A stretch of DNA of 64,000 nt from a bacterium (GCA_965261085.1 OZ253442.1:320001-384000), one strand, 5' to 3'; counted from the first letter of the stretch, positions 8,836-19,404 are shown. Notes: generated by a model not told the origin, from the letters alone. A program made the numbers and translations.

Positions 8836-9674
8836 GCGACGCCCCCGGAGGCCGCCGCGCTTACCGCATAATCGTGCTCCTCCCAGGAATCCAGATGGGC
8901 GCGCAGGGTTTCCGTACGAGAGGCCGAATCGAGGTACGCGCCCACCGCGTCCTCGTCGATATCGTAAAACGGATGGCATCCCCCGGGCCGCGCTCCTCCC
9001 GGCGTATGCACGACCGCCTGCACCATAAAGGCGGGAATCGCCGTTCTGTCGGGTTTCTCGACGAAAAACGCGGTCTCCTCGATTCGCTCTGCCGTCAGAA
9101 TCACCGCCTCGGCCGCTCTGGACATCAAGACGTCCTCGAACGCGCCGCCATCTATCCGCGCGTTCCCCTCCGCGTCGGCATACGTCACGTGGAGAACCGC
9201 GAACCGGGGCCTGATCCTGGGAACCATATAGACCAACCCGCCCGTGTAGGGATCCTTGACCTGCCGGAAACCCGTATGCGCCGCCACGTCGCTGCCCTCC
9301 AGACCCGCCGTGGGCTGGCTCGGGAGACCATAGGCGGAAGCCCTGAGGCCTGCGATGACCGTGGAACAGGCGTGTTCCACCACCTGCACGCGGCCTTCCT
9401 CCACGCTGCGGCGGTAGGAAGGCGCCAAGCCGAAGAGGTTCTCGAATCCCACGTAGCCCGTCTGCGTCTGCGCCACGGCCCCCGCCGCACACAGCAAGTC
9501 GACATCATAGGCGCCGGCCGTCTTCACGAGACGCAAACCCTTCCGCCCCTGCCGAGCGAGTTCCCGGACGAAGGCGGCGGGAATCCTCGTGAGCGCGTTT
9601 CCGCCCAAAGCGAGCAAATCTCCATCCTGCACGAAGGCTGCCGCTTGCGTGAGAGACATTATCTTGCCTGCCAT
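8832..9674 (-). CDS. Class I CoA-transferase-like alpha subunit (GctA/IpdA-like)
   Basis: KIMSLTQAAAFVQDGDLLALGG, GLRASAYGLP, HVTYADAEGNA, PGGARPGGC. Confidence 0.85.
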   Translation of the reverse strand: MAGKIMSLTQAAAFVQDGDLLALGGNALTRIPAAFVRELARQGRKGLRLVKTAGAYDVDLLCAAGAVAQTQTGYVGFENLFGLAPSYRRSVEEGRVQVVEHACSTVIAGLRASAYGLPSQPTAGLEGSDVAAHTGFRQVKDPYTGGLVYMVPRIRPRFAVLHVTYADAEGNARIDGGAFEDVLMSRAAEAVILTAERIEETAFFVEKPDRTAIPAFMVQAVVHTPGGARPGGCHPFYDIDEDAVGAYLDSASRTETLRAHLDSWEEHDYAVSAAASGGVA

Positions 9675-9811
9675 CGACTCCTCCTCGTCGTGATTACCAG
9701 AACCCCGATTATCCCCCAGAGGCGCGCGCCTCTCAAGGCGGGCGAGCGGACGCACCGCGAAGTTCACGCATAAGGGGTTGAATTTTTTTCAAAAAGACAG
9801 ATTTCCCCTAT

Positions 9812-9840
9812 TTGACAAGAACATCCATATTTCCTAGGCT
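9812..9840 (+). promoter_or_regulatory. Sigma70-type promoter for scpAB
   Basis: TTGACA-17 nt-TAGGCT. Confidence 0.6.
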
Positions 9841-9936
9841 TAAAAGTAATTCTGGGGCAATGGAGAGCCTCCCCGCCCACAGGCTCGTCAAATTGCCCGC
9901 CTAACGCTCCTCACGTTCCGCCCATCCGGGGTCTGC

Positions 9937-10866
9937 ATGAATCCCCAGAAAAATACACTGGCTCCTGAAGGTCCGGCTGCGCCTTCAGAGGTATTTGATC
10001 TGGCCGACCTCCCATTGGGCCGGGACATGTCCGCAGGAAATCCCGAGAACTGGGAAATCCTGGAAACTTCTCCCGCGACCGAGGCGGATTCTCCCGTGAG
10101 CAGCGTCGCCGCTCCCGGCATTCCCGATGATTCGGAGCGATTCAACGTCAAAATCGACGTCTTCGAAGGGCCGCTCGAACTGTTGCTCCATCTGGTGCGC
10201 GAGCACAAGCTGGACATCCACGATATTCCGGTCGCCTTCATCACGGATCAATACCTGAAATACGTGGAACTGCTCAAAAAGCTGAACATCAACATGGCGT
10301 CGGAATACCTCGTCATGGCTTCCTACCTGGTCTACATCAAAAGCAGAACGCTTCTGCCCCGAACCGAAGATGCCATAGAAGAGGAAGACCCCGAAGTCCT
10401 GCGCCAGGAACTCCAGCGCCAGCTCATCGAATACCAGAAATTCAAAAAAATCAGCCAGGTGTTCCGCCACGCCGAGGAGGAGCAATCCTGGCTCTATACG
10501 CGGAGCGGTGACCCTCTCCTGCTGGAGGATAACGAGGAAGAAGAAGCGCCCAAACTGCAAGTGACGGTGTTCGACCTCATCAGCGCGATGCAGCATCTCA
10601 TCGAATCCATCGGGGAAGAGGGCGTTTACCTCGTGGACATCGATGAGCTCGAAGTCGCCGACATGAGAACCAAACTGCTGGACACCCTGGAGAATGCAGG
10701 CGAGCAGGGCATCTATTTCCACTCATTGTTCCAAACGAGGCGCACGCTGGAAGTGGTGGCGATATTTCTGGCGCTCTTAGAACTCATCAAGGGAAATCTC
10801 ATCGTGGCGCATCAGGCGTCGAATTTCGGAGAAATCCGTATTACGAAGGCGGTGAATGATGAATAA
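9937..10866 (+). CDS. scpA: Segregation and condensation protein A
   Basis: FEGPLELLLHLV..KLDI.DI, EYLVMAS.LVYIKSR.LLP, FLALLELIK. Confidence 0.95.
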   Translation: MNPQKNTLAPEGPAAPSEVFDLADLPLGRDMSAGNPENWEILETSPATEADSPVSSVAAPGIPDDSERFNVKIDVFEGPLELLLHLVREHKLDIHDIPVAFITDQYLKYVELLKKLNINMASEYLVMASYLVYIKSRTLLPRTEDAIEEEDPEVLRQELQRQLIEYQKFKKISQVFRHAEEEQSWLYTRSGDPLLLEDNEEEEAPKLQVTVFDLISAMQHLIESIGEEGVYLVDIDELEVADMRTKLLDTLENAGEQGIYFHSLFQTRRTLEVVAIFLALLELIKGNLIVAHQASNFGEIRITKAVNDE

Positions 10867-11839
10867 TTCTCAACCAGAAAATCAGGAAACAGCGCAGATA
10901 GAAACGGAAGCTCCCTTCGAACTCGCGGAGGATGGGGCGTCGTCTCCGGACGCAGCGGCCAAGGCTCTGGCGGAGCATCAGATGGAGGCGATGGAGGAGC
11001 TTCGCGAGGAGACGCCTTTCGAAATCGATGAGTCGCAAGATCGCCTCGAAGTGGCCGAAGACGCGCCCGATGACGAGGAAGCCGGAGAAATCGATAAGGA
11101 CGCGCCGCTCGTCATGGACCTCGTTGAGACGAAAAAAATTATCGAATCCATCCTCTTCGTCGCAAGCGAGCCGCTCAGACCACGGGACCTCTCTTTTCTG
11201 TTCAAGGGCGTATCCAACGTGAACGCCAAGGTCGTCCGAAAACTCCTGGCCGAACTGGTGGAAGAATATCAGGAGAAAACCTTGCAGATCATCGAAGTGG
11301 CTGAGGGCTTCCGCCTGTGCACGCGCGCAGAGTTCTCCCCCTGGGTGAAACGGTTCTCCAAAACGGCAAAGAAAACCAAGCTGTCCCAGGCGGCGCTCGA
11401 AACCCTGGCCATCCTGGCCTACAAGCAGCCCATTACCAAAGCGGAGGTCGAAGAGATCAGGCGGGTGGATTGCGGCGGCGTGGTGCATACCCTGCTTGAG
11501 CGCGGCCTCATCCGCATCCTGGGACGTCGGGATGTCGTGGGCCGGCCCATCGTTTATGGCACCACCCCCTTGTTCCTGGAGCATTTCGGCTTCAAGAACC
11601 TCTCGGATATGCCGAAGCCCGAGGAGTTCGAAACGTCCGAAAGACTGGATTTAGGACCATCGGAAGGTATAGAGGAAATCATCGCGCTCGACGCCGAGGA
11701 AGAGACACCGCCACCCAACGGCCAGTCAAACGGACATGAGAACGGCCATGCGGACGCGGGCGCCGTCCCTGACGAGGCGCTCACGGAAGCGGCCACTGCG
11801 CCCGAAGATCTCGATAAGAAGTTGGAGAACACAGCCTGA
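10856..11839 (+). CDS. scpB: SMC-Scp complex subunit ScpB (long acidic termini)
   Basis: IESILFV, LSQAALETLAILAYKQPIT, GRPIVYGTT..FLEHFG. Confidence 0.95.
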   Translation: MMNNSQPENQETAQIETEAPFELAEDGASSPDAAAKALAEHQMEAMEELREETPFEIDESQDRLEVAEDAPDDEEAGEIDKDAPLVMDLVETKKIIESILFVASEPLRPRDLSFLFKGVSNVNAKVVRKLLAELVEEYQEKTLQIIEVAEGFRLCTRAEFSPWVKRFSKTAKKTKLSQAALETLAILAYKQPITKAEVEEIRRVDCGGVVHTLLERGLIRILGRRDVVGRPIVYGTTPLFLEHFGFKNLSDMPKPEEFETSERLDLGPSEGIEEIIALDAEEETPPPNGQSNGHENGHADAGAVPDEALTEAATAPEDLDKKLENTA

Positions 11840-11866
11840 CGAAACCCTCGCGATTCTGGTAAAACC

Positions 11867-11901
11867 AAAAGGAGGAGAGCCTGGGCTTTCCTCCTTTTTT
11901 T
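11867..11901 (+). terminator. Rho-independent terminator
   Basis: GGAGGAGAGC-CTGG-GCTTTCCTCC followed by T7. Confidence 0.8.
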
Positions 11902-11944
11902 CCACGCGCGGCGGGGTTAAACCGTCTTCTCTTAAGGGTCGAAC

Positions 11945-12889
11945 ATGCGTTTTGGAATCATGGCGACAGGAGGCGTGGGCGGCTACTTCGGCCCCATGCT
12001 GGCGAGGGGCGGTAAAGATGTCGCCTTCATCGCGCGCGGCGCGCACCTGGAAGCCATGCGAAAAAACGGGCTTCGCGTGGAAAGCGTAACCCCCGGAGAA
12101 TTCAGCGTACAAGAAGGAGTGTTCACGGATTCTCCTGTGGAAGCAGGCGTGTGCGACGTCATTCTCTACTGCGTGAAAACGACCGCCAACGACGCCGCCA
12201 TTCCCGCCATAGCACCCATGGTCGGCCCGGACACGGTAATCATCAACCTGCAAAACGGCGTGGACAACGAGAAAAAACTCGCGGCCGTCTACGGCGCTAA
12301 GCGGGTGATGGGGGGGGCCGCCTACATTTTCACCTCCATCGCGGGACCGGGGCGCATTCGGCAAATCGGCGGGCCGAGGCGGCTGGTTTTCGGCGAACTT
12401 AGAGGAGGCGCAAGCGAACGGGGCGATGAGATACTGGCCGAACTGAAAGAGGCGGAAATCAACGCGGAATACTCAGTAGACATCGAGGCGGAGCTTTGGA
12501 CGAAGTTCATCTTCATCTGCGCGGTCGGCGGAATGACGGCGCTCACGCGCTCTACCATCGGCGAAGTCATGGCCTATGAGGGCACCCGGAAGATGATGCG
12601 CGAGACGATGCGAGAGGTTTATCTCGTAGGCCGGGCCAGGGGCGTGCGCCTTCCCGAGGGCGCGGATGAGGGCCGCTACCGCTTTTTGGATGAGCAAAAC
12701 CCGGCCAGCAAGGGCAGCCTGTGCCACGACCTGGAAGCGGGCAGACGTCTCGAGGTCGACGCGCTGTGCGGAACAGTCTCCCGCATCGGGACGGAGGTGG
12801 GCGTGAAAACGCCGTGTAACGATTTCATCTTCCACACACTGAAACTCGCCGACCTTCAAATTGCGGGCGAAGTGAAACCCGCATCATGA
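11945..12889 (+). CDS. panE: 2-dehydropantoate 2-reductase family
   Basis: GGVGGYFG, ARGAHL, LQNGVD, WTKF, SLCHDLEAGRRLEVD. Confidence 0.85.
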   Translation: MRFGIMATGGVGGYFGPMLARGGKDVAFIARGAHLEAMRKNGLRVESVTPGEFSVQEGVFTDSPVEAGVCDVILYCVKTTANDAAIPAIAPMVGPDTVIINLQNGVDNEKKLAAVYGAKRVMGGAAYIFTSIAGPGRIRQIGGPRRLVFGELRGGASERGDEILAELKEAEINAEYSVDIEAELWTKFIFICAVGGMTALTRSTIGEVMAYEGTRKMMRETMREVYLVGRARGVRLPEGADEGRYRFLDEQNPASKGSLCHDLEAGRRLEVDALCGTVSRIGTEVGVKTPCNDFIFHTLKLADLQIAGEVKPAS

Positions 12890-12988
12890 GCGCGGCGATC
12901 ACTCACTTACATTTCCCCGCCATACGCGACGTGGCAATCTTTCCGCAACCCCCATTCACCCACACCAATACATGGAGATGCGCTTTCG

Positions 12989-13456
12989 ATGGCCCGAAAA
13001 TACTGGCTCATGAAGAGCGAACCGGACGCATATTCGTTTGACGATCTGATGGCCGAACCCGAGCAGACCGCCTGTTGGGACGGCATCAGAAACTATCAGG
13101 CCAGAAATTTCATGATGGAGATGAAGGTGGGCGACTTCGTTCTCTTTTATCATTCGAGCGCGAAGCCGCCCCACGTGGCGGGCACCGCCCGGGTGGCGCG
13201 GGAATCCTACCCCGATCACACCCAATACGACGAGAAATCGAAATACTACGACCCGAAAGCTCCCGCCGACGCCCCCCGCTGGCACATGGTCGATTTACAG
13301 GCGATGGAAAAACTCCCCCGGCCCGTTTCGCTCAACGAACTGAAGGAAAATTCCAGGCTGGCCGATATGCGCGTCACCCAGAAAGGACAACGCCTGAGCG
13401 TTCAGCCCGTGACCAAAAAGGAATTCGACGAAGTGTTGCGCATGGCGAGGAACTGA
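12989..13456 (+). CDS. EVE domain protein
   Basis: YWLMKSEP, WDGIRNYQARNF, FYHS, RLSVQPV. Confidence 0.95.
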   Translation: MARKYWLMKSEPDAYSFDDLMAEPEQTACWDGIRNYQARNFMMEMKVGDFVLFYHSSAKPPHVAGTARVARESYPDHTQYDEKSKYYDPKAPADAPRWHMVDLQAMEKLPRPVSLNELKENSRLADMRVTQKGQRLSVQPVTKKEFDEVLRMARN

Positions 13457-13484
13457 TGTTCGCAGCGCGCAGAACCGGCGCCTC

Positions 13485-14903
13485 CTAGCTCGCGAGACGC
13501 TGCTTCATAGCCTCGAAGTCCGCTTCGAAGAAGAACTCATCCTCCCCGAACGCAGGTTTGAGCCCGGTGAGCCAGGTGGTGTTTTCGTCATACTCGGCGA
13601 AGAAGACGCGGCCCATCCATTCGGGGTTTCTCGCCTGAAGGAACTGAAGCGCGAACACACGCTCGCCGCGGATCTCCTCGACCCCTAAGACTTGCACCTT
13701 GCCGGGTGCTGCGCTCATTGTGGGCCCGCGCGCGGTTCGCGCCAGACCCGACACCTGGGAGATGGCTTTTCGGTAAATCGCATGAGCTTGCGCCAGAGGC
13801 AACTCGAAGTAGCGCTTGGCGCCCGTGTCCCTTTCCACGAACATGTAATAGGGTATCAGACCCAGCCGAACCTGCTCTTTCCACATGCTCGCCCACATAT
13901 CCGCGTCGTCGTTGATATGCCTGAGAAGCGGCGCCTGCGTCCTGATGACGGCGCCCGTATCCCGCACTCTTCTGATCGCCTCGCGCGCCATCGGGGTCTC
14001 GACTTCACGCTTGTGATTGAAATGCGCCATGATGGCTACGTGCTTGCCCCCCTTCACCAGCTTCTCTAAAAGGCGAAGCACATCGTCCGCATCGGCGTCC
14101 GAGGTGAAGCGATACGGCCAGAAGGTCAGAGCCTTCGTGCCGATACGGATATCGCGGATGTGAGCGAAGCGCGAATCGTCGAGCAGGGGCAGCATATAGC
14201 CTTCGAGCGCCTTGGTTTTCATGATCATGGGATCCCCGCCGGTGAAGAGGACGTCCGTCACCTCCTTATGCTCGGCGAGATACCTGTGGAGGATGTCCCC
14301 GTCCGTGGAGATGAAGCGCAGTTCCTTGTCTCCCACGAACTGCGCCCAGCGGAAACAGAAGGTGCAGTAGGCGTGGCACGTCTGTCCCTGACCGGGGAAG
14401 AAGAGCACCGTTTCATGGTATTTGTGCTGCATGCCCCCCAGGTGCTCATCATCGAGGGTGGGCACGTTCAGCGCCTGCTGTCCGCCGGGGTGCGGGTTCA
14501 GGCCGGCCCTGATCTCGTGGATGGCGGCGTGGAGTTGGTCCTTGGGCGCGTCTCGCCTCAACAGGTCCGCCACGCACTCAAAATCCTCTTTCGAGATCAT
14601 TCCCTCCTGGGGAAAAGAGAGCTGAAACAAGGGGTCCTCGGGCACATTGTCCCAATCGATGAGATTCTCCACCATGTAGCGATTCGTGCGGAAGGGCAGC
14701 ACATGCCCCACCACCTTCATGCTGAAGCGAATGTCCTCGGGCAGGCTCTGTAACTCGGGAACTTTGTCTATTTGCTGGACCACAATCGGCTTGTAGCGAG
14801 GCGGTTCCAGGGAAATCAGGTTCTGGCCGTTCGGGCCGCCGTTACCGGCTTTGGCTGTTCCCGCCTCAGTCGGAACGGGATTCTCTGAAGATGGTATGTT
14901 CAT
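13485..14903 (-). CDS. KamA-family radical SAM protein (lysine 2,3-aminomutase-like)
   Basis: HKY.ETVLFFP, CHAYCTFCFR, LFTGGDP, RIGTK, PYYMF. Confidence 0.88.
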   Translation of the reverse strand: MNIPSSENPVPTEAGTAKAGNGGPNGQNLISLEPPRYKPIVVQQIDKVPELQSLPEDIRFSMKVVGHVLPFRTNRYMVENLIDWDNVPEDPLFQLSFPQEGMISKEDFECVADLLRRDAPKDQLHAAIHEIRAGLNPHPGGQQALNVPTLDDEHLGGMQHKYHETVLFFPGQGQTCHAYCTFCFRWAQFVGDKELRFISTDGDILHRYLAEHKEVTDVLFTGGDPMIMKTKALEGYMLPLLDDSRFAHIRDIRIGTKALTFWPYRFTSDADADDVLRLLEKLVKGGKHVAIMAHFNHKREVETPMAREAIRRVRDTGAVIRTQAPLLRHINDDADMWASMWKEQVRLGLIPYYMFVERDTGAKRYFELPLAQAHAIYRKAISQVSGLARTARGPTMSAAPGKVQVLGVEEIRGERVFALQFLQARNPEWMGRVFFAEYDENTTWLTGLKPAFGEDEFFFEADFEAMKQRLAS

Positions 14904-15146
14904 TTCCTTGCCCTCCTGCGCTTGACGTTCAAGTCGATTCGTTCGTCGTCGGTTCTCTCGTCTTCCTTATATTAATTTAGTTCTATCTTTCGCGATGCGC
15001 CATACCCGCATCGGCATCATACTAGCATGAATCGACCGGGAAGGCTTGCTTTCGCAATAATACGCCGCACGAAACCGATAATTCGTAAAAAGGCGAAGAA
15101 ACCCCCACATATGCGGCGTCTGCCGAACAGGCGGGGTTTCCCCCTC

Positions 15147-15890
15147 TTAATGCGGCATGTGGGCGGGGTTCCAGAACTCGCCCGTTCGAATGGTGTGGGC
15201 CTGCCGATCTCCGTCCGGATGCCAGCTATCCTCGTTCTTGCGCGCCTGTTCCTCGAAATCATACTCGACCCGGTGGATTTCCCCTTCCCATTTCCCGCCT
15301 CCCTGATATTCGAGCAGGACGTAGGCGGGGCGGTTGTCCCCATCCCAGTTCACCGCAGCGGAAGCGGCGCATACGAAGGTCTGGTTCCCGACTTGTCGGA
15401 TATAGGGGCCGTGCACCTGCCCGAAGGCCACGATTTCGGATTTCTCCCCCGCCAGTCGTTCGATGATCTCATCATCACGCAAACGAAGCGGGAGCGCGCC
15501 CTCGTCATTGCCCGGCGCGCCGTGAAAGATGCGAAGATCGTGCCCGGGTTCGGGCGTAATCGTCAGTTCGCGCGGCAGACCCCGAAGCCAGTGGAGTTGT
15601 TCTTCAGTGAGGTGTTCGCGCGTCAGGCGGGAGCTCTCGTTTCTCCCGGGAAAGGGGTTGTCCTGCTCATCGACATGCTCGATGACCCAGCGATCGAAAT
15701 TTCCCAGTATGGGCAAACAGTTTTCCCGGGAACGGAGGCGATCGACCACTTCGCCCGGCTCAGGCCCGCCCATGACGTGATCTCCGGGCACGATCTCCCA
15801 GTGTACGTCGTCGTGCTTGTCGATTTCCGCCAGAACGACGTCCAGAGGCGTGAGCTGGGCATGAATATCGGAATAGAGCGCCAGTTTCAT
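15147..15890 (-). CDS. Metallophosphoesterase family protein
   Basis: SDIH, GD.V.GG, LGNFD, FHGAP, GQVH. Confidence 0.8.
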   Translation of the reverse strand: MKLALYSDIHAQLTPLDVVLAEIDKHDDVHWEIVPGDHVMGGPEPGEVVDRLRSRENCLPILGNFDRWVIEHVDEQDNPFPGRNESSRLTREHLTEEQLHWLRGLPRELTITPEPGHDLRIFHGAPGNDEGALPLRLRDDEIIERLAGEKSEIVAFGQVHGPYIRQVGNQTFVCAASAAVNWDGDNRPAYVLLEYQGGGKWEGEIHRVEYDFEEQARKNEDSWHPDGDRQAHTIRTGEFWNPAHMPH

Positions 15891-15948
15891 TCTTGATTCT
15901 CCATAAATGATGTGCGAATATCCAATATGATATGTGGCGATGAGCGCG

Positions 15949-17283
15949 CTAGTGTAGCAATCTCCTGCCCGATTCCGCCAACGCCTCCATTTTTTCCCTC
16001 AAGTGCGGATAGAGCAGTTTCCCGTCTTTCTTCACGATTTTTCCGGCCACGAACACCGTATCGACATTTGCGAAAGACGCCTGGAAAACGACCGTCTCGA
16101 GCGCGTCGTGCACGGGGAAGAGGTTCAAATCGCTCTTTCTGATCAGGATGACGTCCGCCTGCTTGCCGGGCTTGAGCGTTCCCGCCTTGAATCCGAGCCC
16201 CAAGGCGTTGGCGCCGTCTATCGTCGCCCACTCCAGCGCGCGCCTCGCCGGAACCGCGATTTGCGTCGGCGAGGTTTTCCCGTCCAGTATCTTCTGGTTC
16301 TCTTGCGCGCGGGCGAACTGGAGCCCCACCCGCATCATGGTGAACATGTCGCCGCTGATGTTTGATTCCACGTCGATGCCCAGCGTCGGCCTGCCGCCCA
16401 GCGCCAGAACCCGCCCGATGACGGGCTCGCCGTGGCCCATCTGCATCTCCACTTCGGGACACGAGGTTACCGAACAGCCCGAATCGATGAGGATTCTCAA
16501 TTCCTCCTCGCTCAACTGATTCGCGTGCACGGCGTTGAAATCGGGACCCAGAAGCCCCCTGCGCTCCAATTCCCTGATCCCGTCGGGCGCTTCGCGGTGA
16601 AAACCGCCTCCGATGTGCGCGCTCCAGAGCAAATCGTATTCGCGGGCCAGGCAAATATCGTGCACGCACATCTCGAGTGTGGAAAGATCGGGCCCCCTCG
16701 TCGCCAGGGCCAGGGTGATGAGACCGCCGTCCGAAGCCAGCCTTCCCGCCCGCAAGCGTCTGACCTCCTCGGGGGGATGCGGCCTGTGGCTGAGCGGCAA
16801 CTCGCCCTCGGCAATCCTGGGCTTGGGTGTTCCATGTCCGAAGACCGCGCGAATACCCGCCTCCGCCAGGCCGTCGAGGCCCGCGTCGGTATGCTCGGGC
16901 GTGGGATTGTTGTGGCACCAATCAAAAAGCGTCGTGACGCCGCCATTGAGCTGGTTCAGCGCACCCATCAGGTTCGCCAGATAGACATCTTCAGGCCCAA
17001 ACCTGGGCCCGAAGCCCTGGTGCACGTTGTGGAAATACTGCGCCAGCGACCAATCGCCCGCGACGCCGCGTATGCCCGTCTGCCAGGTATGCTGGTGGGC
17101 GTTCACGAAACCGGGCATGACGATGAAATCGCTCGCGTCGATACTCTCGGCCTCGGGCGCATGAAGCCTCTGGCCGATATCCTTGATCTCATCGTCCTCG
17201 ATGAGCAGGTCGCCGTTTTCGATGTCGCCGAGTTCGGGATTGAGGGTGAGGAGGCTCCCCCCGCGCAAAAGCGTCCTTCCCAC
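15949..17283 (-). CDS. Amidohydrolase (SsnA/MtaD-like deaminase family)
   Basis: MPGFVNAHQH, ATIDGA, GTLKPGKQAD, VFVAGK. Confidence 0.88.
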   Translation of the reverse strand: MGRTLLRGGSLLTLNPELGDIENGDLLIEDDEIKDIGQRLHAPEAESIDASDFIVMPGFVNAHQHTWQTGIRGVAGDWSLAQYFHNVHQGFGPRFGPEDVYLANLMGALNQLNGGVTTLFDWCHNNPTPEHTDAGLDGLAEAGIRAVFGHGTPKPRIAEGELPLSHRPHPPEEVRRLRAGRLASDGGLITLALATRGPDLSTLEMCVHDICLAREYDLLWSAHIGGGFHREAPDGIRELERRGLLGPDFNAVHANQLSEEELRILIDSGCSVTSCPEVEMQMGHGEPVIGRVLALGGRPTLGIDVESNISGDMFTMMRVGLQFARAQENQKILDGKTSPTQIAVPARRALEWATIDGANALGLGFKAGTLKPGKQADVILIRKSDLNLFPVHDALETVVFQASFANVDTVFVAGKIVKKDGKLLYPHLREKMEALAESGRRLLH

Positions 17284-18392
17284 TACAAAGACCCTCCCTC
17301 TGGCGGGGCGAATTCCTTAAGCGCCTCATCGTTCCATTCCAGTCCGAGTCCGGGCTTATCGGAGAGAATCAGGTTTCCGTCCTTAAACTCCATCGGCTCC
17401 TTGATGATGCACTCCCACCAAGGCATGTGCTCGCACCAGACGCCGTGCGGCTCCGCGCTCAGGAGATGCGCCGATACTTCATGGAACAAATGCGGGGTCA
17501 CCGGCTTCCCGAATTCCTGCGCCAGCGCCGCCGCGCGACGCCAGCCCGTGACGCCGGAGCAACGCTCCAGATCGGGCATCAGGATATCGGCCGCAGCCGC
17601 GACGAGCAGGTGCCGCATCCCCCGGGGGTTGTAGTTCGTCTCACCGGTGCAGATCGGAATGCTGCTGGCCTTGGCGACTTCCGCGCATCCCCTGATGTCT
17701 TCGTGATCGACCGGCTCCTCCACCCAGTAGAGGCCAAAGGGTTCAAACGCCTTGCACGCTCTTTTCGCGGTTTCCACGTCCCATGCCTGGTTGGCGTCCA
17801 CCATGAGCGCGACTTCTGCACCTATCGCCTCGCGCACCGCGCGAACCCGCTCGACGTCCTCATCCACGCTCCCACCCACGCGGAGTTTCATGGCCTTGAA
17901 ACCACGCGCCTTGAGGGCGGCGGCCTCCTCTACGAGTTCGTCTATCGTCAGATTGAGCCAAAGGCCCTCGCTCGCGTAGCAGGGAATCTCCCGCCTCTCA
18001 CCGCCGATGAACTTCCAGAGCGGCTGGCCCGCCGCCTGTGCGGCCAGGTCCCAACACGCGGTATCCAGCGCGGACATCGCCAGGGCGCTGATGCCGTCGC
18101 GACCGACGAAGCTCACCGCCTTGCGCATCGCCTCCCAGTTCGCCTCGGCATCCGCCGGATCCTTGCCCAGCAGATTGGCGAACAGATCGCGCGCCATCGC
18201 AATCATCGCGCGGGTGCGCTCGGGGCCGAAGGCGAAACACCAGCCGTGGCCTTTGAGACCCTCTTTCGTGCGAAGGGTGACGCAACAGGTGTCGACTGCA
18301 TGGACCTCGAAAGTGGCCACCTTGAGCGGTCGTTCCAGCGGCACGCAAACATGCGCCGGCGTCATGCTGATGATGGTTTGAGAAGACGGCAA
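17283..18392 (-). CDS. Mandelate racemase/muconate lactonizing enzyme family
   Basis: ALDTACWDL, KAMKLRVG, MVDANQ, WVEEP, TGE, PGLG. Confidence 0.9.
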   Translation of the reverse strand: MPSSQTIISMTPAHVCVPLERPLKVATFEVHAVDTCCVTLRTKEGLKGHGWCFAFGPERTRAMIAMARDLFANLLGKDPADAEANWEAMRKAVSFVGRDGISALAMSALDTACWDLAAQAAGQPLWKFIGGERREIPCYASEGLWLNLTIDELVEEAAALKARGFKAMKLRVGGSVDEDVERVRAVREAIGAEVALMVDANQAWDVETAKRACKAFEPFGLYWVEEPVDHEDIRGCAEVAKASSIPICTGETNYNPRGMRHLLVAAAADILMPDLERCSGVTGWRRAAALAQEFGKPVTPHLFHEVSAHLLSAEPHGVWCEHMPWWECIIKEPMEFKDGNLILSDKPGLGLEWNDEALKEFAPPEGGSL

Positions 18393-18534
18393 AACAGGCC
18401 TCCTTCGAAACGAGTGTGAGTTGTTTCTCTGTCCTTCATGAACTTTGCGCGACAGGTTACCCTGTTCGGCCCCGAATGGCTATAATCCCATGGACCGTAA
18501 TTTTCGAGGGAAAACCCAGGGAGTAAAACTACCG

Positions 18535-19404
18535 ATGAGCGCCATCAGGCTTCAGAAAATTATCGCCCAGGCAGGCCTCTCCTCGCGCCGGGAGGCGGAG
18601 CGTTTGATCGAGGAGGGTTGCGTTCAGGTGAACGGAGCACGCGTGCTCACCTTAGGCGCCAAGGCGGACCCGCTGACCGATTCCATCAAGGTGAATGGAA
18701 AGCTCATTACGAGAAAGGAATCGCCCATCTATCTCGTGCTGAACAAGCCCAGGCACGTGCTCACCACCATGCGGGATGAGGAAGGCAAGGACAGGCCCAC
18801 GGTGGCGGATTTACTGCCCCAGGGCCTTCGGCGCGTATTCCCAGTCGGCAGGCTCGATTTCGACGTCGAGGGCGTATTGCTTCTCACCAACGATGGTGAA
18901 ATGGCGAACCGCCTCGCTCACCCGAGTTACGAGATACCCCGCGTCTATGAGGCGAAGGTGAAGGGGATGCCCTCCGAGGCCGCCCTCACCCGGATGTCGG
19001 ATGGTTCATGGATGCGCGGGCGGGGCGGAAAGCCCCTGCCGGCTCACGTGCGGATAATCCGCGGCAAAACGGAGAAGAACACGTGGCTCAGAATCGAACT
19101 CCGCGAGGGCAGACAACACCAGGTCAAGAAAATGTGCGAGGCCGTGGGGCATTCCGCCATCAAGCTCATCCGGCGCGCATACGCAGGGATTACGGCCAGG
19201 GGCCTTCCCGGCGCTCGCGTCCGAACGCTCACCCGCGATGAGGTCGAAAAACTCAAGGAAATGACGAAAATTCAAGCCGCCCCGGCGAAGCGCCCGCCTT
19301 CCAGGGCAGGCTGGGCCAAGGCCAGAACGAACCCGAAACGAACGGCGCGCAAAGGAGCCGCGAATCAGAAAACGAAGGAACCGGGGAAATCCGGCCCTCG
19401 ATGA
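18535..19404 (+). CDS. rluB: 23S rRNA pseudouridine synthase RluB-like
   Basis: RLQKIIAQAG.SSRREAE S4 domain, VGRLDFD, LLLTNDG, EGRQHQVK. Confidence 0.88.
   Translation: MSAIRLQKIIAQAGLSSRREAERLIEEGCVQVNGARVLTLGAKADPLTDSIKVNGKLITRKESPIYLVLNKPRHVLTTMRDEEGKDRPTVADLLPQGLRRVFPVGRLDFDVEGVLLLTNDGEMANRLAHPSYEIPRVYEAKVKGMPSEAALTRMSDGSWMRGRGGKPLPAHVRIIRGKTEKNTWLRIELREGRQHQVKKMCEAVGHSAIKLIRRAYAGITARGLPGARVRTLTRDEVEKLKEMTKIQAAPAKRPPSRAGWAKARTNPKRTARKGAANQKTKEPGKSGPR

Noticed and set aside
8083-9492. 469-aa ORF suggesting an extended CoA-transferase beta subunit
   Set aside because: The N-terminal part is an off-frame read of the alpha gene; the real start is the coupled ATG at 8835
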